Below are positions 39,359 to 49,535 of a DNA stretch of 64,000 nt, in pieces. Below the pieces are notes generated by a model. That model ran no database searches and was not told the origin of the DNA. It saw only the letters and a list, made by a program, of their open reading frames with translations. The stretch's first letter is position 1. The number at the start of each line of letters is the position of its first letter. This DNA comes from Candidatus Peregrinibacteria bacterium (lineage in GTDB: Bacteria; Patescibacteriota; Gracilibacteria; UBA1369), in assembly GCA_963708185.1 (NCBI GenBank), contig OY970195.1:1248001-1312000 (forward strand). The letters run 5' to 3'. A program made the position numbers and the translations under genes.

Positions 39359-39945
39359 GCTTTTTTGAGGTCAATGGTTTCGCCGTGGCCGGGGATAATG
39401 ACGTCCGCGATCTCCATGATCTTTTCCGCGCTTTGTTTATAGAGTTCTTTGTCGTAGCACAGCGCGCCGACTTCATGGGTTTCCACGAATTTTTTGTTGA
39501 TGGCGTCTCCGGCCATGACAACTTTTTTCCCGTCGTCGCGCGTCGCCACCACTGAAAGGTGCTCTTCGGCGTGTCCAAGCGTCCTGATGATTTTTACACC
39601 CTTGATGAACTCTTCGGCTTCGATGTCCGCGAAGCGGAAGGTCGACCCTTCTTTCCATTCGTGAATCCAGCCGATGACGTGTGCATAGGGAAAGAAGGAC
39701 ACGTTGTAGGCATGATCCAGATGAAAGTGCGTCAGGACGACATAATCAATATCTTCAGGTTTGAGGTCCAGAGCGGCAAGTTTTTCCTTCAATACCGGAA
39801 ATTTTCCTCTGCCCGCAGTATCCACGAGCATGTTTTTTCCTTCGCTTTGCAACAGGGTCACCGCTGAAGAGTGATCGTAAATATCCACTCCTTCGGGCGT
39901 TTCTTTCATGGCATGGGTTCCTGTAAGGAGCGGGATGACCTTCAT
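39355..39945 (-). CDS. Metallo-beta-lactamase fold hydrolase
   Basis: THFHLDH, GH, AGDA, IPGHG. Confidence 0.9.
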   Translation of the reverse strand: MKVIPLLTGTHAMKETPEGVDIYDHSSAVTLLQSEGKNMLVDTAGRGKFPVLKEKLAALDLKPEDIDYVVLTHFHLDHAYNVSFFPYAHVIGWIHEWKEGSTFRFADIEAEEFIKGVKIIRTLGHAEEHLSVVATRDDGKKVVMAGDAINKKFVETHEVGALCYDKELYKQSAEKIMEIADVIIPGHGETIDLKKA

Positions 39946-39956
39946 GGGTTGAAAAA

Positions 39957-40742
39957 TTATTTGTCTTCTTCGTCGGGGATGGTCTGGCGCCGGGTGGCTT
40001 CGGTGATATGTTCGATCTCGATGTTTCCGGTAAAACCGTAGAGTTGAGCAAGTGCCTGCGCTACGGCGATGACGCGCGGCGTGGGAGTCAGTTTTTTCAG
40101 CGCTTCGTAGAGACGTACATAGACGAGATAGCGGATGCGCTGATCGTTTCCTGCGATTTCCAGGACCGCCCGTTTGAAGATTTCCGTACGGATAATACCA
40201 CTTTCGATGAGGGCTTCGCTATCTCCCAGATCGTATTTGCCCAGTTCCTTTCCTCTCCCGGCAAAAAGTTTCGCCACCACGACGAACTCAGGAGGCATGA
40301 CCTGTACTCTTTCTTCCATGAAGTTTTTTTCGCAGGCTTTGTTCCTGGTATAGGTGTTGAGGCACAGGGTGATTTTTTCGTCCGGTTTTGTTTCATCCGG
40401 AACGATGTTTTGCTCTGCGATGAAGTCCAGGTCGACGCCGTTCAGAGAGAGAGTAGTCATTTTGTCGGACTTGAACAGTTTTTTTTCGCCGAAATATCTG
40501 AATTTTCCTCCAAAAACCCTTTCGATTTTTTCCTTGGCGTCCGGATTCACGAAAAAGTCGAGATCCAGTGAAAGGGGCCGGGTTTCTCCGGCAAAAACCG
40601 CGGCGGCGGTCCCCCCCGTCAGGTAGAGATCTATACGGTGGGCATTGGCCTTGTGGATGGTGTCGGCGAGGGCTTCTTTGAGTAGAAGGTTGTTGGGAGT
40701 CTCCGGGATTTCCGAAGGGCTTCTTTTGGCTTCCGGATTCAT
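39957..40742 (-). CDS. Pol-beta superfamily nucleotidyltransferase-like protein
   Basis: LTGGTA...R....DLDF, third Asp in DLDF, K....R.....D pattern. Confidence 0.65.
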   Translation of the reverse strand: MNPEAKRSPSEIPETPNNLLLKEALADTIHKANAHRIDLYLTGGTAAAVFAGETRPLSLDLDFFVNPDAKEKIERVFGGKFRYFGEKKLFKSDKMTTLSLNGVDLDFIAEQNIVPDETKPDEKITLCLNTYTRNKACEKNFMEERVQVMPPEFVVVAKLFAGRGKELGKYDLGDSEALIESGIIRTEIFKRAVLEIAGNDQRIRYLVYVRLYEALKKLTPTPRVIAVAQALAQLYGFTGNIEIEHITEATRRQTIPDEEDK

Positions 40743-40758
40743 AGGTTTATCAAAAACA

Positions 40759-40793
40759 AGATGCTATTTTAGCATCTATCCTTTTAGTGTCAA
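40759..40793 (-). promoter_or_regulatory. Promoter with palindrome upstream of the NTase gene
   Basis: Minus strand TTGACA-16-TAAAAT; AGATGCTA-TTT-TAGCATCT overlaps the -10. Confidence 0.55.
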
Positions 40794-40797
40794 TATT

Positions 40798-41622
40798 TTA
40801 GAGAGCTTGGAGCCTGGCGCCTTTCAACACTCTGGACCCGTAAATTTCACTGACCTGCCTGCCCACTTCATCTTCGATCATGCGGATTACCTGGGTCGCC
40901 GCCTGGTCGAGGTCATCGTTCCAGATCAGTTCAACTCTTTCGCTGGCGTTCTGAAGTGCGCGAGGGTAACGCTCCCAGGTATTTTTGACATGTTCGATGC
41001 GCTTTTTCTTTTCTTCTTCCGGGGCAGGGCGTCCTTCAATCCCTTCGATGATTTTTTCCGGTGACCGGTTGACGAAGAGAATGACGGGCTGGAGAACATG
41101 CTGGAGCGATTTGCCCAAAAGCTGAATGTCGTCAAACTGCACCAGGGCGTTTTTCAGTTTTTTTCTGGTTTCGGCGGAGAGTCCGTCGAGCGCTTCCTTC
41201 AGTCCGAGAGAGGTGTCGATTTCCCCTCCCACGATAAAGGTGTGTTTACTGGAAAGTTCGTTCAAGAGCGTGGATTTTTCGAATCCGTATCTAGTTCCGC
41301 CGTAGGCACCTTTCTGGTAATCGAAAAAGAATCTTCCCTGTTTTTTATGTTCATCGAACTGGTCGGGCGTCACAAAATGGCCGTGTACCCCGTGGGTCTC
41401 GGTTGGTCTCGGCGGACGGTCGGTGTATCGGGAACGTGAATGAAAAAAATGATGATTGAAATCCGGGGTTGCTCCCATCTTCATGGCGGCGTGCGAAACC
41501 GTATCTTTTCCGGAACCGCTGTACCCCGCGAGAATAATTGGCAAATTCAATGCCTGTGCTTGTTCGTGATGTTGCTGAAGTGATGTTTCTGAGTCGTCGT
41601 ACTGTTGTTCGTTGCTAAGCAT
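40798..41622 (-). CDS. Divergent guanylate kinase-like protein
   Basis: GYSGSGKDT P-loop, YTDRPPR..E..G....FV, YG motif, WNDDLD; upstream TTGACA-17-TAAAGT (41724-41696). Confidence 0.75.
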   Translation of the reverse strand: MLSNEQQYDDSETSLQQHHEQAQALNLPIILAGYSGSGKDTVSHAAMKMGATPDFNHHFFHSRSRYTDRPPRPTETHGVHGHFVTPDQFDEHKKQGRFFFDYQKGAYGGTRYGFEKSTLLNELSSKHTFIVGGEIDTSLGLKEALDGLSAETRKKLKNALVQFDDIQLLGKSLQHVLQPVILFVNRSPEKIIEGIEGRPAPEEEKKKRIEHVKNTWERYPRALQNASERVELIWNDDLDQAATQVIRMIEDEVGRQVSEIYGSRVLKGARLQAL

Positions 41623-41986
41623 GGAGCCAAGTATGATGAAGGTGTTTGCGGAGTTTGAGTAAGTGGTTTGAAGATATTTTTCCCTGGTTGGCTCAACTTT
41701 ATGCGGTGAGAATTTTTATGTCAAACCGGGGCGATTTATAAAAAACCGGCGTTTTTTTGAACTTTTTCCTGAAGATTTTTTGATGGGCTTCGGATGTTTG
41801 AAAATCTTTATTTTAAGCCATTTTTTTGTTCATTTTTTTTGTTTTCCCGGTCCATCGTCGTGTTTTTTCCTGGAAATTATGAATTTTTTTTTATATTTTT
41901 TGGAGGATTTTTAGATTTTTTTTGGTTCAAGAAAAAGTTTGACAAGAGCAGCCTAACATTGTCTTTTAAGTTATTATCTCAGGAGA

Positions 41987-44416
41987 CTATTTTGATCCAC
42001 GGATCGTTCCTCCCAGTTTGCTCAGTTCCGCGATGATTTTTTCCTGGATTTTTTTGGACTCTTCATCGGTGAGGGTTCGGTCGTCCGCCTGGAAAAGGAT
42101 GCTGAAAGCCAGGGCTTTTTTATTTTCAGGAATATTGGGGCCTTCGTAGTTGTCAAAGAGTTTTATCTCCTTGATGAGATGTTTGTCGGCACTCTGGATG
42201 GCTTTGTGCAGGGCTCCGATTTCACGGTTTTTATCGATCAAGACGGAGATGTCGATGGTGATCCCTGGGAATTTGGGAATGGGAAGGTATTTTGTCTCTT
42301 TTGGATCGACCTGCATCAGCTTGGTGAAATTGATTTCGAAGATGCCTATTTTGGCGTTTTCGACGTCGTAGTTTTTTGCAACGAGCGGGTGCAGTTCAAG
42401 GACGCGGGCGATCTCTTCGCCGTCTTTTTTGAGATAGTATCCCGCATAGCGGCTGGGGTGTGCGTAAGTGCAGAGACTTTCGCCTTTGCGCATTTCTAAA
42501 CCCGGGATGCGGAAGACGTCGAGGAATTCTTCAAGAGCCCCCTTGGCTTCGTAGAAAACTTCTCCCCGGCTTTTTTTGTTGCGGACGATGATTCCGCAGA
42601 TTTTCTTTTCTTCCTTGGGGAAATATTCCTGAAGGTCTTCATAGGTGCGGCCCACTTCGAAGATCTTGAAATGGTCGCGATATTTGAGATTGTTGGCGAT
42701 GTTCTTGAGCAGGTTGGGGACAAGGCTGATGCGCAGATGGGTCTGGTCTTCGGAAAGATAGTTGTCGACTTTGATGTGCAGTTCCGGCGGAAGAAGGCAT
42801 TTGCCGATATCTTCCATGCTGTAGAAAGAGTAATTGTACACTTCGTTGTATCCCAGGCCGTAGGCAAGCACTTCGCGGGCAAGGTGTTTTTTGGTGCGGT
42901 CTTTGTTTTCCACAGGAAGCTTGATGGGGAGTTCGGGAAGCAGGGGTTTGATGTTCTCGTAACCGTACATACGTGCGATCTCTTCGACGAGGTCATCCTC
43001 GATGCTGACGTCTTTCGTGGCACGGAAGGAAGGGACCTCGACTTTGAGGCGGTTCTCGGGAAGTTCGGAAGCCTTGAAATCAAGCCGGTCTAAAATCTCA
43101 ACGACCTTTTTTACGGGAATTTCCACGCCGATCTTGGAGAAGACGCGTGCAAGGTTCACCTGGACGGTGATATTTTTGTCTTTGAAGTTTTTGACATCGG
43201 TCGCCGGTGCTGCGATTTTGGCGTCCGGGCAGATTTTCAGGATGAGTTCGCAGGCACGTTCGGCAGCCTGAAGGGCAAGGTGCGGATCGAGCGATTTTTC
43301 GAAACGTTGGACGGCTTCGGTGCGCAGGTTCAGTTTGACTGAGGTCTTGCGCACGGATGAAGGATGGAAGGTGGCTGCTTCAAGGAGGATTTCCGTTGTG
43401 TTGTCGTCGATTTCGGAGTTGTTTCCGCCCATGACTCCGGCAATGGCCACCGCTTTCTTGTGGTCGGCGATGACGAGCATGTCCTTGCCGAGTTTTCTTT
43501 CGGCGCCGTCCAGCGTGGTGATGGTTTCACCGTCTTTGGCGTGGCGGACGACGATGCCTTTGTCGAGTTTTGTCACGTCAAATGCGTGGAGCGGCTGGCC
43601 AAGTTCGGCCATGACGTAGTTGGTGACGTCGACGATGTTATTGATCGGCCGGTAACCGGCCGCTTCAAGCCGTTTTTGCACCCACGCCGGGGAAGGTTCT
43701 ATCTTGACCCCTTCGATACGCACACCGATGTAGCGGGGACACAGGTCGGGATCTTTGACTTCAACAGGATACGAATCTCCCTTGGCCGGGAATTTTATCG
43801 ATGGCTTTAAAGGCTTGAGTTTTTGGCCGGTGATAGCCGCGACTTCGCGGGCGATGCCGTAATGACCCCATAAATCCGGACGATGGGTGAGCGATTTATT
43901 GTCCACGGTCAGAATGACGTCGTTTTTTTCGAGAAGTTCGGCCAGGGGCATTCCCGTGGCGGGTTTGAGCGGCGTCAGGTCGAGAATGGCACGTTCGCCG
44001 GCAGCAGGATCCTGTTCCACCCCGATCTCTTCCCCGGCGCAGATCATGCCGAAACTTTCAACGCCGCGTATTTTGGCCTCCTTCATTTCCACGAGATCTC
44101 CTTCACCGTGCCATTTCACTTTGGCTCCGAGCATGGCGACGGCGACATACTCACCTTCGTAAAGATTGCTGCCTCCGCACACGATCTGCAGGGTTTCTTT
44201 GCCCACGCTGGTTTTGGTGACTTTGAGCTTGTCGGCGTCCGGGTGGGGATGGATTTCCTGGATCTGTCCCACGACGATCTTGTCGAAGCTTTGGGCCTGA
44301 TTTTCGACGCCTTCGACTTCGGCGGTGCGGATGGTAAAAAGCGTAGCGAGTTTTTTGGCATCCATGCCTTCGGGAATGTCGACGAATTCACGGAGCCAGT
44401 TAAGCGAGATTTTCAT
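41987..44416 (-). CDS. pheT: Phenylalanyl-tRNA synthetase beta subunit
   Basis: MKISLNWL, HPDADKL, NNIVDVTNY, RMYGY, C-terminal FDX-ACB domain. Confidence 0.98.
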   Translation of the reverse strand: MKISLNWLREFVDIPEGMDAKKLATLFTIRTAEVEGVENQAQSFDKIVVGQIQEIHPHPDADKLKVTKTSVGKETLQIVCGGSNLYEGEYVAVAMLGAKVKWHGEGDLVEMKEAKIRGVESFGMICAGEEIGVEQDPAAGERAILDLTPLKPATGMPLAELLEKNDVILTVDNKSLTHRPDLWGHYGIAREVAAITGQKLKPLKPSIKFPAKGDSYPVEVKDPDLCPRYIGVRIEGVKIEPSPAWVQKRLEAAGYRPINNIVDVTNYVMAELGQPLHAFDVTKLDKGIVVRHAKDGETITTLDGAERKLGKDMLVIADHKKAVAIAGVMGGNNSEIDDNTTEILLEAATFHPSSVRKTSVKLNLRTEAVQRFEKSLDPHLALQAAERACELILKICPDAKIAAPATDVKNFKDKNITVQVNLARVFSKIGVEIPVKKVVEILDRLDFKASELPENRLKVEVPSFRATKDVSIEDDLVEEIARMYGYENIKPLLPELPIKLPVENKDRTKKHLAREVLAYGLGYNEVYNYSFYSMEDIGKCLLPPELHIKVDNYLSEDQTHLRISLVPNLLKNIANNLKYRDHFKIFEVGRTYEDLQEYFPKEEKKICGIIVRNKKSRGEVFYEAKGALEEFLDVFRIPGLEMRKGESLCTYAHPSRYAGYYLKKDGEEIARVLELHPLVAKNYDVENAKIGIFEINFTKLMQVDPKETKYLPIPKFPGITIDISVLIDKNREIGALHKAIQSADKHLIKEIKLFDNYEGPNIPENKKALAFSILFQADDRTLTDEESKKIQEKIIAELSKLGGTIRGSK

Positions 44417-44438
44417 CTTCGATAAGGTTTTAGTTTCT

Positions 44439-44714
44439 TCAGGAAGTTTTTTTCTTGGGCTGCGGGCGGTATTTATACGCCAGCAGGATCAAAATGAAAT
44501 TTTCAAGAATGAAGAGAATGAAAAGCGACGTAAAAATGAAATCGTTCTGCGAAATCGCATAGATCACGGAGCAGATGTCTCCGGTGGTGATGACGAGCCA
44601 CATGATGATGCTGATGTCTTCTCCTTTTTTGGTTTTGAGGATCTTCAGGTATTGCGGGATGTAGGCGCCGACCAGGAGGATGTTTGCGACGATGCCGAAA
44701 ATTTGCATGTTCAT
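44439..44714 (-). CDS. PQ-loop/SemiSWEET family protein
   Basis: YIPQ..K..KTK...DIS; three TM. Confidence 0.8.
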   Translation of the reverse strand: MNMQIFGIVANILLVGAYIPQYLKILKTKKGEDISIIMWLVITTGDICSVIYAISQNDFIFTSLFILFILENFILILLAYKYRPQPKKKTS

Positions 44715-44716
44715 AA

Positions 44717-45757
44717 TCAGAATTGTTGAGTGAATCGGAGGTCTCCGGATTGGAGGAGGCGGATGTCGTCAATGCCGTAGCGCATCATGACCAGGCGGGT
44801 TAACCCGAAGCCGAAAGCCCATCCCTGGTATTGCGAAGGATCGATCCCTCCGGCCTTGAGGACGTTGGGGTGGACCATGCCGGCGCCCATGAATTCGACC
44901 CAGCCGGTGTGCTTACACACGCTGCAGCCTTTTTCGTTGCAGATCAAGCAGGAAAAGTCGAGTTCGAGGCCCGGTTCAACGAAAGGAAAATAGCCCGGCC
45001 GGAAGCGCACTTTGACTTCCTTGCCGAAAAGGCGGGTTAAAAATTCGGCCATGACGCCTTTGAGGTGGGCGAGTGAAATGTTTTTGTCCACGACAAGTCC
45101 TTCAACCTGGTAAAAAGTGGTGTCGTGCGATGCGTCAGTGGCTTCGTAACGGAAGACGCGGCCCGGGACGATGACGCGCAGCGGCGCTCCGTATTTTTCC
45201 ATGGTGCGGACCTGGACCGGCGACGTGTGCGTGCGCAGGACAAGCCTTCCATGTTTGGGTTCGCTTTTGTCTTTCAGAAAGAAAGTGTCCTGCATGTCAC
45301 GCGCGGGGTGATCTGCCGGGATGTTGAGTCCTTCGAAATTGTAATATTCGGATTCGACTTCCGGTCCGTCCATGACGGCAAACCCCATGTCGCCGAAAAT
45401 TTGTTCCGCTTCGAGCTGGACCTGTGAGAGGGGATGAATGTGTCCAATCTCATGTTCAGTTCCCGGGGCGGTGATGTCGAAAAACTCACCGGAAAGTTTT
45501 TTGGCGATCTCTTCAGCATCGAGCTGTGACTGTTTTGCCTTGATTTTGGCTTCGAGGTCGAGCTTGATACTGTTGGTTTTCGGACCGATGATGCGTTTTT
45601 CATCGTTGCTGAGGTCCTTGAGCCCCTTGAGCAGTGTTGTCAGCTCTCCTTTGCGACCGAGGTATTTCACGTCGATGGCCTTCAGGTCGTCCAGGGTGAC
45701 GGCGTTTTGGATCTCCCCAAGCGCGGTTTGATGAATTTTTTCAAGCAGTTCCTTCAT
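44717..45757 (-). CDS. pheS: Phenylalanyl-tRNA synthetase alpha subunit
   Basis: HPARDMQDTF, LRTHTS, FPFVEP, GWAFGFG. Confidence 0.98.
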   Translation of the reverse strand: MKELLEKIHQTALGEIQNAVTLDDLKAIDVKYLGRKGELTTLLKGLKDLSNDEKRIIGPKTNSIKLDLEAKIKAKQSQLDAEEIAKKLSGEFFDITAPGTEHEIGHIHPLSQVQLEAEQIFGDMGFAVMDGPEVESEYYNFEGLNIPADHPARDMQDTFFLKDKSEPKHGRLVLRTHTSPVQVRTMEKYGAPLRVIVPGRVFRYEATDASHDTTFYQVEGLVVDKNISLAHLKGVMAEFLTRLFGKEVKVRFRPGYFPFVEPGLELDFSCLICNEKGCSVCKHTGWVEFMGAGMVHPNVLKAGGIDPSQYQGWAFGFGLTRLVMMRYGIDDIRLLQSGDLRFTQQF

Positions 45758-45825
45758 GAGCAATACTTTAGTGTTTTGAAAGGGCTTTGGCAAGCTTGAA
45801 ACCTTATGTCTGGACGCTCTTTTAC

Positions 45826-45858
45826 AAAAAAAGCCCCGCTTTGACGGCGGGGCTTTTT
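45826..45858. terminator. Bidirectional rho-independent terminator
   Basis: A7-GCCCCGC...GCGGGGC-T5. Confidence 0.85.
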
Positions 45859-45882
45859 CCTTTTATCAATTTTCGAGCGCGG

Positions 45883-46035
45883 TTATTTTTTTGAGGGAAG
45901 AATTTTATACATTCCCGTACCGCATTTTGAACATTTGCCTTTCATGGCGCGGCGACCTTTTTTACCAAAAGCAACTTCCTGTGCTCCTGGGGCAAAATCG
46001 CGCTTTGCCTTACATTTTACGCAGTAGCCTGTCAT
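45883..46035 (-). CDS. DUF5679-like Zn-ribbon microprotein (50 aa, not in the ORF track)
   Basis: MTGYCVKCK...MKGKCSKCGTGMYKIL. Confidence 0.85.
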   Translation of the reverse strand: MTGYCVKCKAKRDFAPGAQEVAFGKKGRRAMKGKCSKCGTGMYKILPSKK

Positions 46036-46142
46036 AGTGAGAGGGTTATGAATTAGGGCCTTTCCTTTGATTATAGCCTATTTTGCTGTAAAAGGCTAGC
46101 TGGTGAGGGGTTATAAAACCGAATTTCCCTCAGAAGCATAAC

Positions 46143-46172
46143 AAAAAACCCCTCATTTTATGGAGGGGTTTT
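46143..46172 (-). terminator. Terminator downstream of HU
   Basis: AAAACCCCTC...GAGGGGTTTT with a T tract on the minus strand. Confidence 0.75.
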
Positions 46173-46223
46173 CGGTATCAAGTAGATGTTCAATCCTCCT
46201 TGTGGAGGGTTCGCGGAAGCGAA

Positions 46224-46499
46224 CTAGCGAACAGCATCCTTAAGAGATTTGCCAGCCTTGAAAGCAGGAAGCTTCATAGCCGGGATCTTGATCTTCTGGC
46301 TTGGGTTGCGTGGGTTGACACCGGTGCGGGCAGCGCGCTTTGAAACGCGGAATGTTCCGAAACCGGTAACGGTTACGCTTTCACCCTTTTTGAGAGACTT
46401 CGTGATGCTCTCGAGCATTGCATCGAGAACCTCGGAAGCAGCCTTTTTTGTAACGCCAGCAGAATTTGCAGCAGCGTTGACGAGATCTTGTTTGGTCAT
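46224..46499 (-). CDS. hup: HU family DNA-binding protein
   Basis: GFGTF....RAARTG.NP...IPA...P.FKAGK.LK. Confidence 0.96.
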   Translation of the reverse strand: MTKQDLVNAAANSAGVTKKAASEVLDAMLESITKSLKKGESVTVTGFGTFRVSKRAARTGVNPRNPSQKIKIPAMKLPAFKAGKSLKDAVR

Positions 46500-46924
46500 T
46501 GCTTTATTGGTTAAGAAATAATGTGAGACCGTGTGCATTATATGACCCCAGGAATGAAAAGCAAGATATTCTGCATGAACTAGCGCTTTTTTTGCTTGAC
46601 CGTTTTTTTTAATAATTTCCTAATTATCATTTTTTGGCTTCTATATAAGGTATATTTGAGTTTTTTCAGATTAAAGTCGGCCATTTTACCCTTGCACATA
46701 CTAAAATCAAGCTTTTTTTTGTTTTTTTATTCTTATTTATTGACGGGAGAATCAAATATTTTGGCGATTACGTCGCCTTTTTTCGGTATGGAGGAACGTT
46801 TTGTGTCCTTTTACTCTCTCCTTATATATAAGGAGAGAGTATTCCGTCCCGGGTTTATAAACCTTTGACTGATGGCTACAAATGCCTCATACTCTGTAGA
46901 CGTAACTTCATTCATTGCAAATTC

Positions 46925-49180
46925 ATGGCAGAAAGTTTGGTCATTGTAGAGTCCCCCGCGAAGGCGAAAACGATCTCGAAAATCCTCGGGAAAAATTATG
47001 TGGTCCGGGCATCCATGGGTCACGTTTGTGATCTTCCGAAGTCAAAGATGGGTATCGATGTCGAACATGATTTTGAGCCAACCTATATTGTTCCCATGGA
47101 TAAAAAAAAGGTGGTCAAAGAACTGAAAGGGTTTTTGAAAAAAGATACCAAGCTTTACCTGGCGACTGATGAAGACCGTGAAGGAGAGTCCATCAGCTGG
47201 CATTTATTGAACGCGTTGGACGTGAATCCGAAAAAAAGAGAGGTGCACCGTATCGTGTTCCATGAAATTACCGACGGTGCCATCAAGAACGCCATCAAGC
47301 ATCCGAGGGATATTGATCAGGCTCTTGTGGATGCCCAGCAGGCCCGCCGCATTCTGGACCGTCTGGTCGGGTATGAACTCTCGCCGCTTTTGTGGAAGAA
47401 AATACGTTATGGGCTTTCGGCGGGCCGTGTGCAGAGCGTCGCCGTTCGTCTGATCGTGGAACGTGAACGTGAAATCCGTGCTTTCAAGCCCGAAGAGTAC
47501 TGGTCGATCGACGCGGAATTCCTCAAAGGAAAAGAGGCTTTCCAGGCGGAACTGGTGAAGTTCAAAGGCAAAGAGCTCAAAATCGGCAAGAAAGGAGAAG
47601 CAGACAAGGTCTTGAAAGATCTCAGCGGTGCGGATTACGAAGTGACGAAAGTTGAAGAAAAGGATGTCAAACGTTCACCGGCACCTCCCTTTACGACGTC
47701 CACGCTTCAGCAGGAAGCTTCACGCAAACTCGGGTTCAGCGTGAAGAGAACAATGACGATTGCGCAGCAACTGTATGAAGGTGTTGAACACCATAAAGGG
47801 TCGCACGGTCTTATCACCTACATGCGTACCGACTCGGTAAATCTTTCCGAAGTCGCCCTGAAACAGGCCAAAGAGGTCATCGCCAAGGAGTTCGGTAAAG
47901 AGTACGCGTTGGCCGCTCCGCGTTATTACAAAGGAAGAAAAGGCGCCCAGGAAGCACATGAAGCCATCCGTCCGGTGGACATTTCCATCATGCCGGAGGA
48001 CGTGAAATCCTATCTCGACAAGGATCAGTTCAGACTTTACGAACTTGTCTGGAAGCGCATGGTCGCGAGCCAGATGCAGGAAGCGAGGATCAAAGCGCTC
48101 GGCGTGGATATCACTCCCATAAAGTCGGGCAAGCCTTTGGATTATACTTTCCGCGCTACCGGCCAGACGATCGAATTTCCGGGTTTCATGAGGGCTTACG
48201 TCGAGGACTTCGACCATCCGGAAGAAAGCCTGCAGAACCAGGAAAAGTTTTTGCCGGATCTCAAAGAGAAGGACGATGTCGATCTCAAGGAGCTCAACCC
48301 GAATCAACATTTTACCAAACCGCCCGCCCGTTACACCGAAGCCAGTCTCGTGAAAAAAATGGAATCGGAGGGGATCGGTCGTCCGTCAACGTATGCGCCG
48401 ACGATCACGACGATCATGGCTCGCGGTTATGTGGAAAAGGAGAACAAACAGTTAAAGCCGACCGACCTCGCGGAGGTCGTGACGGACATGCTCGTGAAGA
48501 ATTTTCCTGACATTGTGGACTACAAGTTCACTGCAGAAATGGAAGAGTCTTTGGATGACATTGCCGACGGCAAAAAGAAATGGATTCCGGTGATCCGCGC
48601 TTTCTACGAACCATTCCATAAAACTATTGAATTGAAACAAGAAACTCTCAAAAAAGAAGACATCGTCAACCTGGAAAAAACCGATGAAATTTGCGAAAAA
48701 TGCGGCAGTCCCATGATCGTGAAACTGGGAAGATTCGGCAAGTTCCTGTCATGTTCGAACTATCCGAAATGCAAGAACGCCAAGCCGATGGCCAACGGGA
48801 AAGTCGTGGAGAAAACCCCCGAAGAGCTCCAGCTTGAAAAGAAACTCAGCGGCAAGAAATGTGAAAAATGCGGCAAGCCCATGGAGATCAAGCATGGAAG
48901 GTTCGGTGAATTTCTCGGTTGTTCAGGATATCCTGAATGTAAGAACATTCAGCCGATCGTGAAGCCCACCGGTGTGAAATGTCCCGAATGTAAGGAAGGT
49001 CAGTTGATTGAAAGACATACCCGTAAGGGCGGCAAACTGTTCTTCGGTTGCAACCGGTTCCCGAAATGTAAATTCGCGACCTGGGACAAGCCCACCGGCG
49101 ATCTCTGCAAGAAATGCGGCGGCCTCATGGTCATGAAAAAAGACAAGGAGGTCTGCCACAGCTGCGGAGAGGAGAAATAA
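46925..49180 (+). CDS. topA: DNA topoisomerase I with C-terminal Zn ribbons
   Basis: IVESPAKAK, DEDREGE, SAGRVQS, ITYMRTD, EAHEAIRP, C4 repeats. Confidence 0.98.
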   Translation: MAESLVIVESPAKAKTISKILGKNYVVRASMGHVCDLPKSKMGIDVEHDFEPTYIVPMDKKKVVKELKGFLKKDTKLYLATDEDREGESISWHLLNALDVNPKKREVHRIVFHEITDGAIKNAIKHPRDIDQALVDAQQARRILDRLVGYELSPLLWKKIRYGLSAGRVQSVAVRLIVEREREIRAFKPEEYWSIDAEFLKGKEAFQAELVKFKGKELKIGKKGEADKVLKDLSGADYEVTKVEEKDVKRSPAPPFTTSTLQQEASRKLGFSVKRTMTIAQQLYEGVEHHKGSHGLITYMRTDSVNLSEVALKQAKEVIAKEFGKEYALAAPRYYKGRKGAQEAHEAIRPVDISIMPEDVKSYLDKDQFRLYELVWKRMVASQMQEARIKALGVDITPIKSGKPLDYTFRATGQTIEFPGFMRAYVEDFDHPEESLQNQEKFLPDLKEKDDVDLKELNPNQHFTKPPARYTEASLVKKMESEGIGRPSTYAPTITTIMARGYVEKENKQLKPTDLAEVVTDMLVKNFPDIVDYKFTAEMEESLDDIADGKKKWIPVIRAFYEPFHKTIELKQETLKKEDIVNLEKTDEICEKCGSPMIVKLGRFGKFLSCSNYPKCKNAKPMANGKVVEKTPEELQLEKKLSGKKCEKCGKPMEIKHGRFGEFLGCSGYPECKNIQPIVKPTGVKCPECKEGQLIERHTRKGGKLFFGCNRFPKCKFATWDKPTGDLCKKCGGLMVMKKDKEVCHSCGEEK

Positions 49181-49181
49181 T

Positions 49182-49535
49182 TTATCTGTTTTGTGATATG
49201 CCTTCTCCTTCCACGCAGGTGACGGACATAGTTCCGCCGTACTGGTTCAGCGTGATGGCATCTTCGATGATCTGGTTGTGTTGGTAGTCCGAACAGGAAC
49301 TTATGGATGGCTGGGTGATTGCACATCCCGTTTCAGTCTGTACGCACGTGATGACAGCTTCACGATTGAGTTTGCAGAACTGTGCGACTTCTTCGCTGTT
49401 GCGCATGACTGCTCCGCCCGGATTGAGCGAATCAATCGAACAGTTGTCGCTTTCGGGAGAAACAAAACATCCTTGCTGCGATACCAGTAAGGCGCTCGAT
49501 AAGGCTGCGGCCTTTATGGTTTGGGAAAGTTTCAT
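49182..49535 (-). CDS. Cys-rich putative lipoprotein
   Basis: Signal-like N-terminus ending QGC; six further Cys. Confidence 0.55.
   Translation of the reverse strand: MKLSQTIKAAALSSALLVSQQGCFVSPESDNCSIDSLNPGGAVMRNSEEVAQFCKLNREAVITCVQTETGCAITQPSISSCSDYQHNQIIEDAITLNQYGGTMSVTCVEGEGISQNR

Noticed and set aside
41630-41986. Replication origin in the T-rich spacer (also considered 46540-46920)
   Set aside because: No clustered TTATCCACA boxes and no dnaA nearby; promoter and UP-element DNA is sufficient explanation
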